From Giardia intestinalis (taxonomy: Eukaryota): DNA of 64,000 nt. The stretch lies in the NCBI GenBank assembly GCA_000002435.2, contig CM018792.1; one strand, 5' to 3'. The notes beneath the pieces were generated by a model. That model was not told the origin of the DNA. It was given only the letters and a program-made list of their open reading frames with translations, and did not search any database. This document shows, one piece after another, positions 21,398 through 32,700 of the stretch; the first letter of the stretch is position 1; each line of letters starts with the position of its first letter. A program made the position numbers and the translations under genes.

Positions 21398-21778
21398 ATG
21401 CAGAGACATTTCTTGTATCCTCCGAGAGAACTGCCGTCCCGTTCCTTACTGCAATTCATGAGTACATCAAAGAGTCGCAAAAGGTGTGAGTTGTACAGGG
21501 TTTATAAACACTTGGCACAAGTAACTAGACAGGAAGAGTCTACTTACATTTTATCCGGCTTTCTATCTGCAGACATGGAGCGAGATATATGCGGCTCTGG
21601 AGATGAAGCCGTCCTACGCATAACTCACGACGAGGCAGGGAGTGGAGATGACAATGGACACGAAAATACTAACGAAAGTAATGAAAGTAGTAGCCTAGGC
21701 CAAGGAGACTACGAAACAAACCACTATGAAGAAGCAGACGACTTGCAAGAGAACGACGATGACTTTGGGATACTCTAA
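21398..21778 (+). CDS. Small acidic hypothetical protein, 126 aa
   Basis: ATG-initiated and divergent from the upstream minus-strand gene. It has a D/E-rich C-terminus and I recognise no family. Confidence 0.35.
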   Translation: MQRHFLYPPRELPSRSLLQFMSTSKSRKRCELYRVYKHLAQVTRQEESTYILSGFLSADMERDICGSGDEAVLRITHDEAGSGDDNGHENTNESNESSSLGQGDYETNHYEEADDLQENDDDFGIL

Positions 21779-22782
21779 CTGTATAATCGCTCAACTGCGC
21801 ATCTAACAAACTCCTGTGTCTCTTCGCAAAAGAGAGAAAGAATGACGAAGTTCCGCGTAACGACAATAGAGTAGCTCCATCGATATCCCAGGTACATTGC
21901 TAAGCTAAAAAGGCGTTCAAAGTTTCGGATGAATTTCTTCGGGTGAACAGTGCATGACACCTGCGATGGTTGGTCCCTCGTTTTCATGGGAACCTTATAT
22001 CTGAGTGTCGAGGACAGGGAAGAGGACGATAATCCTAGCGCTACTAGCATTGTAGAGCTATCTTCTGCCTTAGTAAAGACAGTGAGGCCTAAACCTTTGT
22101 CATCAACCGTCGTGGAAAACGTAGTAAACAACTTTGCCAACAAAGTGTTCGCAGTTGGCACAAGGAAGTCTTTGTATGCAGCCTGCTCTACTGTTTCGCC
22201 GTCTACAACGCTATCGGAGATTGAAGGAGACTCCAAGGAATGTGGTAATGAGCTCTGCCGGCCGTTGGTGTCGACGTGCTGACAAGACTGAAGAGATAGA
22301 TGCATAATGAGGTTGCGCAGCCGCGTGATGACATCGTCTGTCCTGTCATTCTTTCCTTTTGTGTACGTTACCGGGATTTCATAGCGTGTAGAAACTTTAG
22401 TGAAGTTCCCTCCTGACTCAAGACCACTGAGAAGAAGGTTCTCTCCTGCACAAAGAACCTGAAGCATGTAGCGGTCCCGCTTCATCAGGTAAAAGTTAAG
22501 CCATGAAGACTGACTTCCGCCTGCTTGTTCTATGACGTCCAAAATGTGCTGAGCCATGACATCCATGACAAATACCCCTGTTGCAGCAAAATCCATGGAG
22601 GAGAATAGAGAAGTGCGATCCATACGTACATGCGTCTTGCTATGATAGCAGATGAGATCAATTTTAGAATCAGGTACGCCATCATACTGAAGCAGGATTG
22701 ACCACTGTTCTTCTGGGTGGGTACGGAGAATCGAGTAGAGCAGGCTCCCCTTTCCCGCAGTCAAGGAGAAGCGGAAATGCAT
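21775..22782 (-). CDS. Hypothetical protein, 335 aa
   Basis: The ATG at 22782 lies 20 nt downstream of the stop of the preceding minus-strand gene. Non-biased composition and no recognisable motif. Confidence 0.55.
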   Translation of the reverse strand: MHFRFSLTAGKGSLLYSILRTHPEEQWSILLQYDGVPDSKIDLICYHSKTHVRMDRTSLFSSMDFAATGVFVMDVMAQHILDVIEQAGGSQSSWLNFYLMKRDRYMLQVLCAGENLLLSGLESGGNFTKVSTRYEIPVTYTKGKNDRTDDVITRLRNLIMHLSLQSCQHVDTNGRQSSLPHSLESPSISDSVVDGETVEQAAYKDFLVPTANTLLAKLFTTFSTTVDDKGLGLTVFTKAEDSSTMLVALGLSSSSLSSTLRYKVPMKTRDQPSQVSCTVHPKKFIRNFERLFSLAMYLGYRWSYSIVVTRNFVILSLFCEETQEFVRCAVERLYS

Positions 22783-22802
22783 TCACGACGGGTGGTTAAA
22801 AT

Positions 22803-25112
22803 TTACAGCCACGCAGTTGTCATGTTGGCATTGAGTGAGTAGGGAGCCTCGTCTGATAAAGGCGTGTGTAGATCCGTTTCGTGGATAAGCGCTTCTACGC
22901 ATTTGGCGAACAGGCTGTGTTCGCACAGTAAGGCGTGGGCCTTAGGATACTTGATATCTTTAGACTCTCGGAACTCTGCGAAGGTTCGGGGTACTAGAAC
23001 AGGAGCATCTGCATCAGGTATATAATCGTTTAGGCAGTCCATGTCGACAGCGTAATAGTCGTACTTTATGGCCATGAGCATCATGCTATTTACCTTCGTA
23101 CAGAACCTCATAGTCTCGCGGAATATGGACCTAAGAGCTACCACGTAAGACACGGTCCGGAGCTTAGACTTATCCGCACTGAGCTCACAAGGCACCTCAT
23201 CTTCGTTCTTTTTCACGTCCTTTAAATAGAACAAACACAAGCGAGTAATGGTGTGTTCTAATAGCGATGTGTTCTTAGGACTCAGGCTCACACCCAGTTC
23301 AATAATTCCGCTGATGATCCGCACGCCTACAGATTGAATTACCGTGCTTTCTTTGTAGTTTCTCATGATGTTCAAAATGGTACAGAGCCTGTTTGAGCGC
23401 ACAATATGACTGTACAGGAAGAACGGAGAAATGATTAAGGGGAGCTGCTTCCAGTTGAGACAGTCCCCATAGTTATAGTTCATGACATCATCCACTGAAA
23501 ACACCGTATCGGTGTACATGTCGGACCACATAAACTCTCCTATTGACGTCTCCTCCATTAGTACGATCTTTCGTAAAGCAAGGTCGGACTGTACATCATC
23601 TGTGTCTCCGGCATCGTCAAAGAACTGCATAACCACCTTGGAAGAGTTCGCTACACCGATCGCATGACTAGTATAGAACAGATAGAGGTACGAGGCGACT
23701 TGGAGAGCTCTGCTAACCTGGTCATCCGTAGTAGTTCGGTTCTCTGAGGCGCATCTGTCAATGAACGACAAGGCCTCGGCGAGTGTGGTAACTATAGTAA
23801 TAAACTTGTGAGTGTATTTTGCCTCAAATTCATCAAGTGCCTCATTATCGTAGTGTTGTAGTTCATATTTGCGCGTTTTAGCGACTAGTGTTTTGCCTCC
23901 ATCTATATTCTCAGTAGACACAGAGGTGCACTTCACCTCTTCCTCTATAGAGTAAATTAAATGACTAATAGCAGTGTTGAAATAGTCGTTACGCTCCTTG
24001 ATGAATTCGTCGGATAGCTGGGGTGTGCTATGAATCTTCCTGAATTCCTTGTAGTGAAGTGCGACAGACCGCACCACAAGGTACCTCAACATATGAATGA
24101 TAACTTGGCCGCATATTTTCAATGTCATTAGCATGTCACTTAGTTCGGTCATACTTTTAGAGCTAGTAGAGATGAACAGATACTTGTCAAGGATGAGGCG
24201 GTAGTGGTCAAAAATCTGATCGCATAGATAGGGGACATTACAGCGTAAAATAGTGGCCAATATTGTGGAGTATGCTTCTGCCCGGGTGTAGCTGGATATC
24301 TTGTTGCCGATGGCAAGCCTAGAAAAGCTCTTCAGCTTATCCTCCATAGTGGCCTTAGAGCGATCCATATCGTTGTTCTTCGTACCGGCGCTAACAACAG
24401 TGCCGGTCATGTCTGGAAGCGTAATACCTGCAACCTCGCGGACAAAGTTTCGTATGACGCAATGGGAGGCACAGAGGTCGGCTATCTTCTTCGTCATCGC
24501 ATCAGTGCGGGTCTGATAATTCGTCAGGAAGAACAGAAAGACATCCTGGGCCTTACTATTGCATATACAGGCAAGCCACTTATTGAGTAGGGCTTTATCA
24601 TTAGTAAAGAGATCAATTACAGAGGACAGTCTCTCTTGCTTCTTAAGACCTGTGAGAATGAAAAGAGAAAGTCCGTCGATAAGCTCCTGCCTGCCCTTAA
24701 AGACAGCGGAGTTCAAGGCGGGTGAGGCGACGGGAGAGTTCACATAATAATGAAGCAGAGTGAACACTCTTACAAGTATCTCCTCACTACTAAAACATGC
24801 ATCCATTATAGCAGGGTTGGATGGAAAAGCTGAAAAGATGTCAAAGGCTAACGGCGTCAAATCTGAAGGAGACTCTGGAGGAAAAGCAAGATCTAGAAGC
24901 TGTAAGATGTTATCAGGCTTTAGAAACACCTCTGTTGCGACGCGAGTGGACTGGCTTACTTCGTTGGATGTGTTCTTATCACGTACGAGGGTATCGAAGT
25001 CAACTATTAGTGGTGGCTCGCCATCGTCACGCAGACCCGACCAGTACACATGCTGATTCATGATAGCATCAACTCTGAGCAAGTGTGCTTGGGGATCTGC
25101 TTGGGGAAGCAT
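22803..25112 (-). CDS. Hypothetical protein, 769 aa, possibly helical-repeat. The N-terminal region is faintly reminiscent of SAPS-type phosphatase regulatory subunits, with very low certainty.
   Basis: ATG at 25112 and a long ORF. Only weak architectural resemblance, and no catalytic motifs. Confidence 0.6.
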   Translation of the reverse strand: MLPQADPQAHLLRVDAIMNQHVYWSGLRDDGEPPLIVDFDTLVRDKNTSNEVSQSTRVATEVFLKPDNILQLLDLAFPPESPSDLTPLAFDIFSAFPSNPAIMDACFSSEEILVRVFTLLHYYVNSPVASPALNSAVFKGRQELIDGLSLFILTGLKKQERLSSVIDLFTNDKALLNKWLACICNSKAQDVFLFFLTNYQTRTDAMTKKIADLCASHCVIRNFVREVAGITLPDMTGTVVSAGTKNNDMDRSKATMEDKLKSFSRLAIGNKISSYTRAEAYSTILATILRCNVPYLCDQIFDHYRLILDKYLFISTSSKSMTELSDMLMTLKICGQVIIHMLRYLVVRSVALHYKEFRKIHSTPQLSDEFIKERNDYFNTAISHLIYSIEEEVKCTSVSTENIDGGKTLVAKTRKYELQHYDNEALDEFEAKYTHKFITIVTTLAEALSFIDRCASENRTTTDDQVSRALQVASYLYLFYTSHAIGVANSSKVVMQFFDDAGDTDDVQSDLALRKIVLMEETSIGEFMWSDMYTDTVFSVDDVMNYNYGDCLNWKQLPLIISPFFLYSHIVRSNRLCTILNIMRNYKESTVIQSVGVRIISGIIELGVSLSPKNTSLLEHTITRLCLFYLKDVKKNEDEVPCELSADKSKLRTVSYVVALRSIFRETMRFCTKVNSMMLMAIKYDYYAVDMDCLNDYIPDADAPVLVPRTFAEFRESKDIKYPKAHALLCEHSLFAKCVEALIHETDLHTPLSDEAPYSLNANMTTAWL

Positions 25113-25186
25113 GGGTTTTTAAAATTCATTGCACAATCAGATTAGTAAAATATTTTTGAAAAGTTAAGAGGAAAAACAGGCGCATC

Positions 25187-26149
25187 ATGGACAGTGATAA
25201 CATTAAACGCTACCATGTCGTAAGCATGTCTCCAGGAAGCGGTCCTCTGCATAGGGGCGTACCAGAACAGGACTCATTTGTCCAGGGGGGTTCAGGGACC
25301 CCGGCTTCGACGTTGCAGAACAAGGTGTCTACGTCCCAGCAAACTAGTGAGATGTACAATCCTCATTTAGTATCGGCGAATGTACAAACATATCGCACTA
25401 ATACCGTGGCACCAGGTCCGCACAGCCTCAATACCTCCTTTCCAGCGTACACTGGAACACAATCCTATCAGGCCCCTTTGGTACACCCATCATATCAGAC
25501 AGCTACGCAAGGCAATTATAACACAACAACTATGCGCGAATACAATCCGCACTTGGACAAGGACGCGCGTGTGGTTAGCGAAAACGTTATAGAAGTGCCA
25601 TCTGGACTTCCCGCGCGCATAGTCAGGGAGGAGCCTGTTGAGTTTGTTAAGGAGATAGTAAGGGAGATCCCGAGGGAATATATTCAACGCACTGTGTTTC
25701 AAGAGCCGGTTACATACATACGAGAGGTGACCTATGATGAGCCCGTCCTGGTCATGGAGCAAGTCGTGGAACGGGAGCCATATGCATATTATAAACGAAC
25801 GGTTGAAAACGTCCAAGGGGGTCAACGTATCATTTCTTCAGGAGGAGCCACTGTGCCAGTACAAAGCTTTCCTCAAACTCAAACCCCCACGCAACACTAC
25901 CCTGGGCTAGCAGCTGCTCCGGGTCCTTACGCAGCATACCCAACCAATACTCAAATGATCCCAACCACCAATTACGTCCAGGGTGCTCCGCGCACGATCC
26001 CGCTGAGTGAGGTTAGCTCACGACCAGTGCCGGTACCGGGCGGTCTTCAGGTCTCTCAGCCACCTCCCTCATTAGTAGCTTCACGGGGTACTATAGGGCA
26101 GCAACATTACATGGCCGGGAATTCGCGCCTCAATACCTCACGGGGATAA
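25187..26149 (+). CDS. Hypothetical Pro/Gln/Thr-rich protein with an internal E-P-V/I-x-E repeat region
   Basis: ATG at 25187. The central block VREEPVEFVKEIVREIPREYIQRTVFQEPVTYIREVTYDEPVLVMEQVVEREPYAYY is a short-period repeat. The N- and C-termini are low-complexity. Confidence 0.5.
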   Translation: MDSDNIKRYHVVSMSPGSGPLHRGVPEQDSFVQGGSGTPASTLQNKVSTSQQTSEMYNPHLVSANVQTYRTNTVAPGPHSLNTSFPAYTGTQSYQAPLVHPSYQTATQGNYNTTTMREYNPHLDKDARVVSENVIEVPSGLPARIVREEPVEFVKEIVREIPREYIQRTVFQEPVTYIREVTYDEPVLVMEQVVEREPYAYYKRTVENVQGGQRIISSGGATVPVQSFPQTQTPTQHYPGLAAAPGPYAAYPTNTQMIPTTNYVQGAPRTIPLSEVSSRPVPVPGGLQVSQPPPSLVASRGTIGQQHYMAGNSRLNTSRG

Positions 26150-26292
26150 GCGTTGACAGATTAGAAAGTCGATGAAAACTAGGAGCTCTACCTTCCCAGC
26201 TACAAGTACCAAAGGTCTATATAGGAACAGCAGCGGAGGAACAGCGAGTGAATTAACCAAATTATTGAACATAACTGAATTTTGCCTCCTAA

Positions 26293-26724
26293 ATGCTTCT
26301 TCCCAAGGCTGGGGTAGAGATTGCAAAGGGTCTGACTGCTGGAGTACGGAGTTCCCTGTCTGTTCTTGCAGATAATATAGTAGAGAGTAGTCTGGCCCTC
26401 GCAGATATCTGGCATCATGTACGGGCGGAGGTCCGCAGCCTGGCAAAAGCGCCGAATTGGGCCAAAGTAAGGATAGCTCCCATGCCCTTGTCTCAAGCAA
26501 GCCAAATACTAGACATAGAATCTGACACTAGCCTGGACAAGATCAGGGCCCAACGTGATAAGTTGCTCGGACAGCTGTCCCTCAGTCCTTTTCTTCAGGT
26601 TAAGGTTAATGAGGCATATGAGCGTATTAAAAAAAGTAAATGCGGGCGTTATGCACACCGCCGGGAAAGCCGCAGGGAACGTTGCAGGGAAAGTAAAATT
26701 CAGATTTTAAATAAAAACATATGA
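26293..26724 (+). CDS. Possible small basic protein of 143 aa, filling an otherwise 570-bp gap
   Basis: ATG-initiated ORF. Its stop shares the 4-nt ATGA with the start of the giant downstream gene. The C-terminus is Arg/Lys-rich and there is no family match. Confidence 0.3.
   Translation: MLLPKAGVEIAKGLTAGVRSSLSVLADNIVESSLALADIWHHVRAEVRSLAKAPNWAKVRIAPMPLSQASQILDIESDTSLDKIRAQRDKLLGQLSLSPFLQVKVNEAYERIKKSKCGRYAHRRESRRERCRESKIQILNKNI
26701..26720 (+). promoter_or_regulatory. AT-rich initiator upstream of the giant gene
   Basis: cagattttaaataaaaacat immediately 5' of the ATG. It sits inside the 3' end of the putative 143-aa ORF. Confidence 0.4.
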
Positions 26725-29700
26725 GTCATAAAGTGCCGGATGTCCGTGAGCAGGCCGGCGCTGAGGAGTATGACGAGACTATATATGAAACTATATACGA
26801 GTCAATATACGAGACCTATTTAGAGGACGATTTGCCTCCTGCCACAGAGCCAGCATTAGAAGCTCAGAGATCCCCTTATACCGACATGGGAAAGCCGCTG
26901 GGATCCAGGTCAGATCGCTCCTTAGTTTCATTAGAAGCAATGATTACTAATTCGGATCCTACTACCAAGGCAATGGGATTAGACGCGCTTCGTGACAGCA
27001 ATGATCATGACACAAGGACAAAGCTTGCATATGCATTCCAGTGTCTTGATGATACTAATATGATTATAACTGATGCCGCTATCCAGCTTTTAAGAGTAAC
27101 AGTTGAAGATGACCCCCTTCCTCTTTTACAAGATGCTTACGAAACGACTACGAAGGAGTTTCATGACGCAGTAGCACACATAACGTCGGATATCATTTTC
27201 AGAAGTCAGAAGATGACTGATGCGTCTATCTCTATACTGTCCATGCTTACTCAGGTGCACCTAGACCTCGCTCTTTTTATATTGACGCAGATGATGAACG
27301 GCTTTAGGCAAAAGAATATCAAGAACGTCGAAATAACAAGTACTGCTCTCAGGAAACTAGAACTGTACATAGATCGCGCCATTGATTCCTCTGCACTAGT
27401 GGAATTTCCTGGAACGCTGATCAAGAGCATAGCAGACAGCCTTACTGTTGCGTTGAAGACAAAGGGGCTAGGAATCAAAGAGGTGGCTGAGGACTATATA
27501 CTAAGTCTTACACACATCATTCCTTCGGATCTTCTACTAACTGAGTTTACCAAGAATAAGCTTACCTCTGTGAAAGGATTAACGTCTACGGGAAATACCC
27601 CCGGGCCGATTTCGCGCCCCATCACAAGGCCTCCTCCCCGGGCGCAGTCACAACCCAAGAACGCATACCAATCTTCTTCCCACAGAGGGTCCCTCAGTAC
27701 TCATGAGCCTGATAACTTGTCATCAAGAACTACAGGCTCTGTTTCTGGCAGTGGAGTCGTCGGACAGGAGCACGCCGTGGAGGGCTTAGTCGCCAGCCAA
27801 CAGTCATTTGAGGAGCAAGTTGCTGGGGGTTCACGGCAATCATTCACTGACCGTGATGACTCTCTTACGCAACCTTCCGACAGTTTCTCGAAAACAGACG
27901 AGCTAAAGTATGTCTACACACCGCCCAATTTTGACCCCGACGCCGAGGATTGGATATCTATGATGTACATTCCCCGGTCGATTCTTCCTGGGATCACTGA
28001 CAGTTCCTGGCAGATCAGAAAAGAAGCACTAGAGACGACCGAGCTTCTCTTCAATCCCTTCATTCCCCATCCTCAGCCGTCGCTCACCCTTGCCCAGTGC
28101 GAGAATAGAAAGAATAACAAGACAGTTGCAGAAGAGATACTGATGCGCATCAATGAAGTGGTGATCGGTGATCAGAATATAGCAGTGGTAATAGCTGCCC
28201 TTGGAGCTCTTCGGATCATGCTGATGTATCTTCCTTCATCCTATTATAGTTCTCACAGTAAGCGTGAAATAACCGAGTCAATACTGCAGAAACTGAAATC
28301 AAGAAAGCCGAGCCTTTTATCGCCTTGCTACAATACCGTTGATGTCATTCTGGGAAGATTTTTGACGCTCGAGGAGTTTATTGAGCTCCCCATCCTCCAG
28401 AATGCGCTTCCAGAAGTCCCCAGAGATGTAATTGATAAGATCCCCGCAAATTGCTCGTTTAAGGCATTTATAGATCAAGTTGATGAATATATTAAGAAAG
28501 ACAAGCGACCAATACCCCCATCCAAATCCGCACTCAATACGTATCTTTATATAGAGTTTTGTCGCCTGCTCCAGCGGCAAATGACATTTCTTCTCTTCTT
28601 GCTTCTGGGCGGAATTTATAAGAAGGCTGTCTTACAAAGTGTCATCCCCAGTTCTGTCATGGAGCTTCTGTGCGCATATGCTGCGTCGCCAAATGTCGTA
28701 ATTAAGTTAGACCTCAGTGAAAGCTTTCAAGCTATGCTAGCTGGGATGGGGACGCCGACTCCTCTGAAGACCAAGGAACTTAGTGGTCCATCTTTTACTC
28801 TCCCCCTAAGGATGGAAAGCATTGCAGGCCTGTCCAGTCTTCGATACTATCCACTGAGTTTTGTTGCTCATTTGTGTCGAGGATTTTTCTGTGAAAAGAG
28901 CCTCTATACTTTGTCTTTTATAAAAATATGTACCGGTACGTTAATGCGGGACATGTCCTCTGAGGTTAGAAGTGTCAGTAAGGAATTCGATGGCATTCTT
29001 AACACGTTCATGTCCCTTCATCGTAGCGCACTCAAGCAAAAATTGGGTGGAGCTTCGCGAGGATCCAGTCCGACAAAGAAGACTGGGCCTCATGCTTCTA
29101 ACGCTGCCAAAGGCCAGAATTCAGGTCACACCCAGGTAAAGCCTGCGCAAATTGCTGTTCATCCCACCGATTCTGATCTCTTAGACTTTGACCCAAAGAA
29201 GCCTTCTACACAGGCCTCTCTGAACGACTCTGATCCTACACTTGGGAAGACTCCAGTCAACACCTCTAATGCTAGCAATGCGTCCCAGAAAAGCGATCCC
29301 TTGTCGTCACCAGAAAAGCCTAAGACACCCCAGCATGCAAGTGGAAAGGCTGGAGCCCGGAGTGGAACCCCTGCCAAGATGAAGACACCTGTTCGCTCGG
29401 TGCAAAGTCAACCCCCGCAAATCATTGGGACTGCGGGAAAGACCAAGTTCATTTATTACCACGCCTATGATTTTCCTGCTGAGATTTTTCGTACTTGCTC
29501 CTTCGACAGTGGCACAAACTTCAAACGCGTCAAGATAATGCTTCGACCACCCTCGTTTTTACTCTACAAGATCGGACCTGTTTGTACATCCGATGACCTG
29601 ACGTTTGTTGAAACGCTTAACACACCAAAGTACGACTTTTCTTTGATATTCCAGCCAGCACATCCACAAGAATCCCGTGAAGGAACTTTCTATGTATTGC

Positions 29701-32700
29701 GAGATGAAGAGAAAGCATGTTCATGTGTTGAGCCGTTAGTAGATCAGTTCAGTCTCATTATAACAAAGACATTTATGGCTAGTTCACAAAAGAAACCAAC
29801 CGACAAAGGCCAAAACTTGGCTTCCACAGTTGTTTCTATATTCAGAATCATCGGTATGTTAATTATGACGTGCAATAATGAGAGCACACTGATAAAGATT
29901 CTTCCAGCTGCAGGCATTATTTTGAACACAATTTATAGCAAGGATCTAGGCCTCTATAACACGATAATTTCCGCCTACATCTATCATATTCTGACCTTTA
30001 TTCCGTACCGCTTTACGAGCAACCCTGCAAAAGTAATCACTGCGTGGAAAAAGCTTCTCACTGTTTCGTTCGATATTCACGGGCTTGTCCCAGTCTACTA
30101 CACACTATTTGCTATCATGGCAGCTATCTGCAAAGAATTGGAAAACGAAGACGGCGAACTCAACATCCGGAACGGGCAACATGTCCTGACTCTGGGAGAG
30201 TACCTACACGAGGTAGTTAAGTTTCTCCACGACAAGTTTGATCCCGTCCATTCTGCAGCAGGGTTCTCTCTTCGGGTAACATCGGAGCTTCTTATTCATA
30301 TCCTCGAGCTTGGCGCTTACCTCTACGGAGGGTGTCCAGCCCTTACAGGGCCGTCTGGGCTTCTAGTCCGTGTTAGTTCAAAGCTACTGGCTATGCTGGT
30401 TTACTTTCTCCGAAATGTTAACGGGTTAGAACAGATGGACCCTGTCTTTCTCAGCAAGGTACTGGACTGTGAAGTAATTCCCACTCTCAAGGGTCTCTAT
30501 TCATCGGGGGCCTTCGAGGCTGCTTGCATGTACAGCGCACTCAACTGCTTAAGAACGATTAGGGACGCTGATAGCGAGCTGGCGAAGTACATCCAGGCAG
30601 TGTTGACATGTTGCAATAAGACGGATTTTCCTCGTTTGACCCTAAGCACGCGTGCACCCAAGACGTGCATGCAGCTAGATGTTGAGGCAGACAGAGGGAA
30701 AATACATAATTGTGACTTCAGAAAGCCCACCAATTTGTACACCGTAATCCGCGACCTTAGCGTAAAGAATCCGGGAATTTACGATGCTCTAGCCATACAA
30801 GGGCTAGTATCAATACAAAAGTATGCTGTAGCTTCTGATAAATCACTTCAACAGCCTGCAAAGCCTGTGAATGAGCAACGCGACTCCAGAGAGCAGCGAG
30901 TTCTTGCGGGAGGAGAGACATTGCACAATGTCTCTTCAGGCTTAGTTGATGGCAGCCTCCAAGATGGACGAAAGCAGCGGTACAGTGTAGATGAGTGTAT
31001 GACTGCTGAAAGGACATCCCTGGATGGAGACCGGAGCATCAGAGAAAGGCCGCCTTCGTCGCGCCCCTCCAGTGCTAGGTCTCGACGGAGTATCTCGCAC
31101 AGAGATAGCTCAAGCATGTATGATGATGAGCAAGATACTAGCCAGGCATTTAAGCATGAAAAAGATAGAATCGGGAAGAATGACGCGCACATTCGTCAAC
31201 GAGCTGTTTTGCACCACACTATAGACTCAGCAATGAAGGCACACCAGTCAGTAGAAAGTCCAGACAATAGCCTGCAGCAGGAGGATACATCTTCTGTTCT
31301 GGCATCTGCGGAACGCACCAGTGTTACTGACGGAGATCGTGAACGCTCTACTCTTAAAAAAGCGACCTCCACGCCTTTGCGAAAGATTGCCTCGAGTATG
31401 CGGAACAAGTCGTCGACTATCTTGCAGATGAAGCTCTCTAATATTCCAGAGTTTCTCCAGCCATACTATAAGGCTCCTGGTTTTGAACTGCCACTAAGCA
31501 AGGTTTTGGGCGTATTGTCTGAATATGAAAGTGCTTTAAGCGCAGAAAAAGATTCCATGATGCGCTCTGACTTAACTATAGCCATGATTCAGGCTCTATC
31601 TCTTTATGAGGATCACAGCATTGACAGCACAAAAATAAGCCGCAAGCTTCTCCAATCTATTGATGAAAAGGTACACACAGAATCCAATGCCAATGCAGGA
31701 GACTACTACCTTCTCTTGATGACAGAACTAGCCAGGACTGGCACTGTGTTGTCTGTCTTTGAGCAGGCCTGGTCTATTGGTCTGATCAATATGCTGGGGA
31801 TGACGAGGAGGCCTATCACCAGGAGCTATGCTATTCAGGCGCTAAACATGTGCATGAATAGCCATGTTATATTAACAGCTACCTCCGTAACAAAAAGCTA
31901 TATGGGTGGATCAATTTTGAAGGCTTTGAATGGAACTTCAGCCAGCTACTCCATTACATCGCCGACAGCAGGGATAATCGCAACCATCAAGCAGGAGACA
32001 CTTAACTGGATTCTTTCTGACATGCTTCCATCCATCATTTCATTTGTGTCGGAAAGCGAGGTGTTCTACACATTCGAGAGTAGTGCTGTTTTACACCAAA
32101 TTTGGATACAGTGCGAAGATTTGGCTGCTAACTCCAAATCAACTGCAATGCGCGGAACGGCCAATGAAATACTGCACATGCTCCAACAAGTTCAAGCTGC
32201 GTGCAAGGAGCAAGAACCAAAGAAGCCTGTGCGGCCGAGCAAACTGAATAGAGAGGAGATCCTAGGCAAAGAGCTGGCTCAAACAATCAATGAGCTAGAG
32301 AAAACAACTCGATATAACAGCAAGAATACAGACGACGTCATAAAGCAGGCCCTTTCTGCGGAGCGCAACAGGCTAGCCCAGCCTCCTCGGGGGAGCAACG
32401 ATGCTAACACATCGTCTATTTGCTCCGAAGACGGCTTTTCTACGACAGCTATCTACCTTGGCGGACTGTCAACAGTACATGCTTCAGTACCTGATGACCA
32501 TCAAGGCGCGCCTCAACACAGCACCTCTGCTCGCTCAACTATGTCAAAACCTGCTATTCCTCGACATGGCAACAGTGCCAGACAGAGTCTTGATGTTAAT
32601 GAGGGTTTTGAAAGCGTTCAGAATCCTGCTGAGGCTGGCCCAGTCCGTAAAGAGTCGACTGATAGCTACATGGTGGACGATCTAAACGAACCGTCTTTTC

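Noticed and set aside
26138-26505. Two minus-strand ORFs (120 and 101 aa) in the gap before the giant gene
   Set aside because: They overlap each other and the plus-strand 143-aa ORF, and they lack any recognisable feature. The plus-strand ORF is kept only as a low-confidence call.
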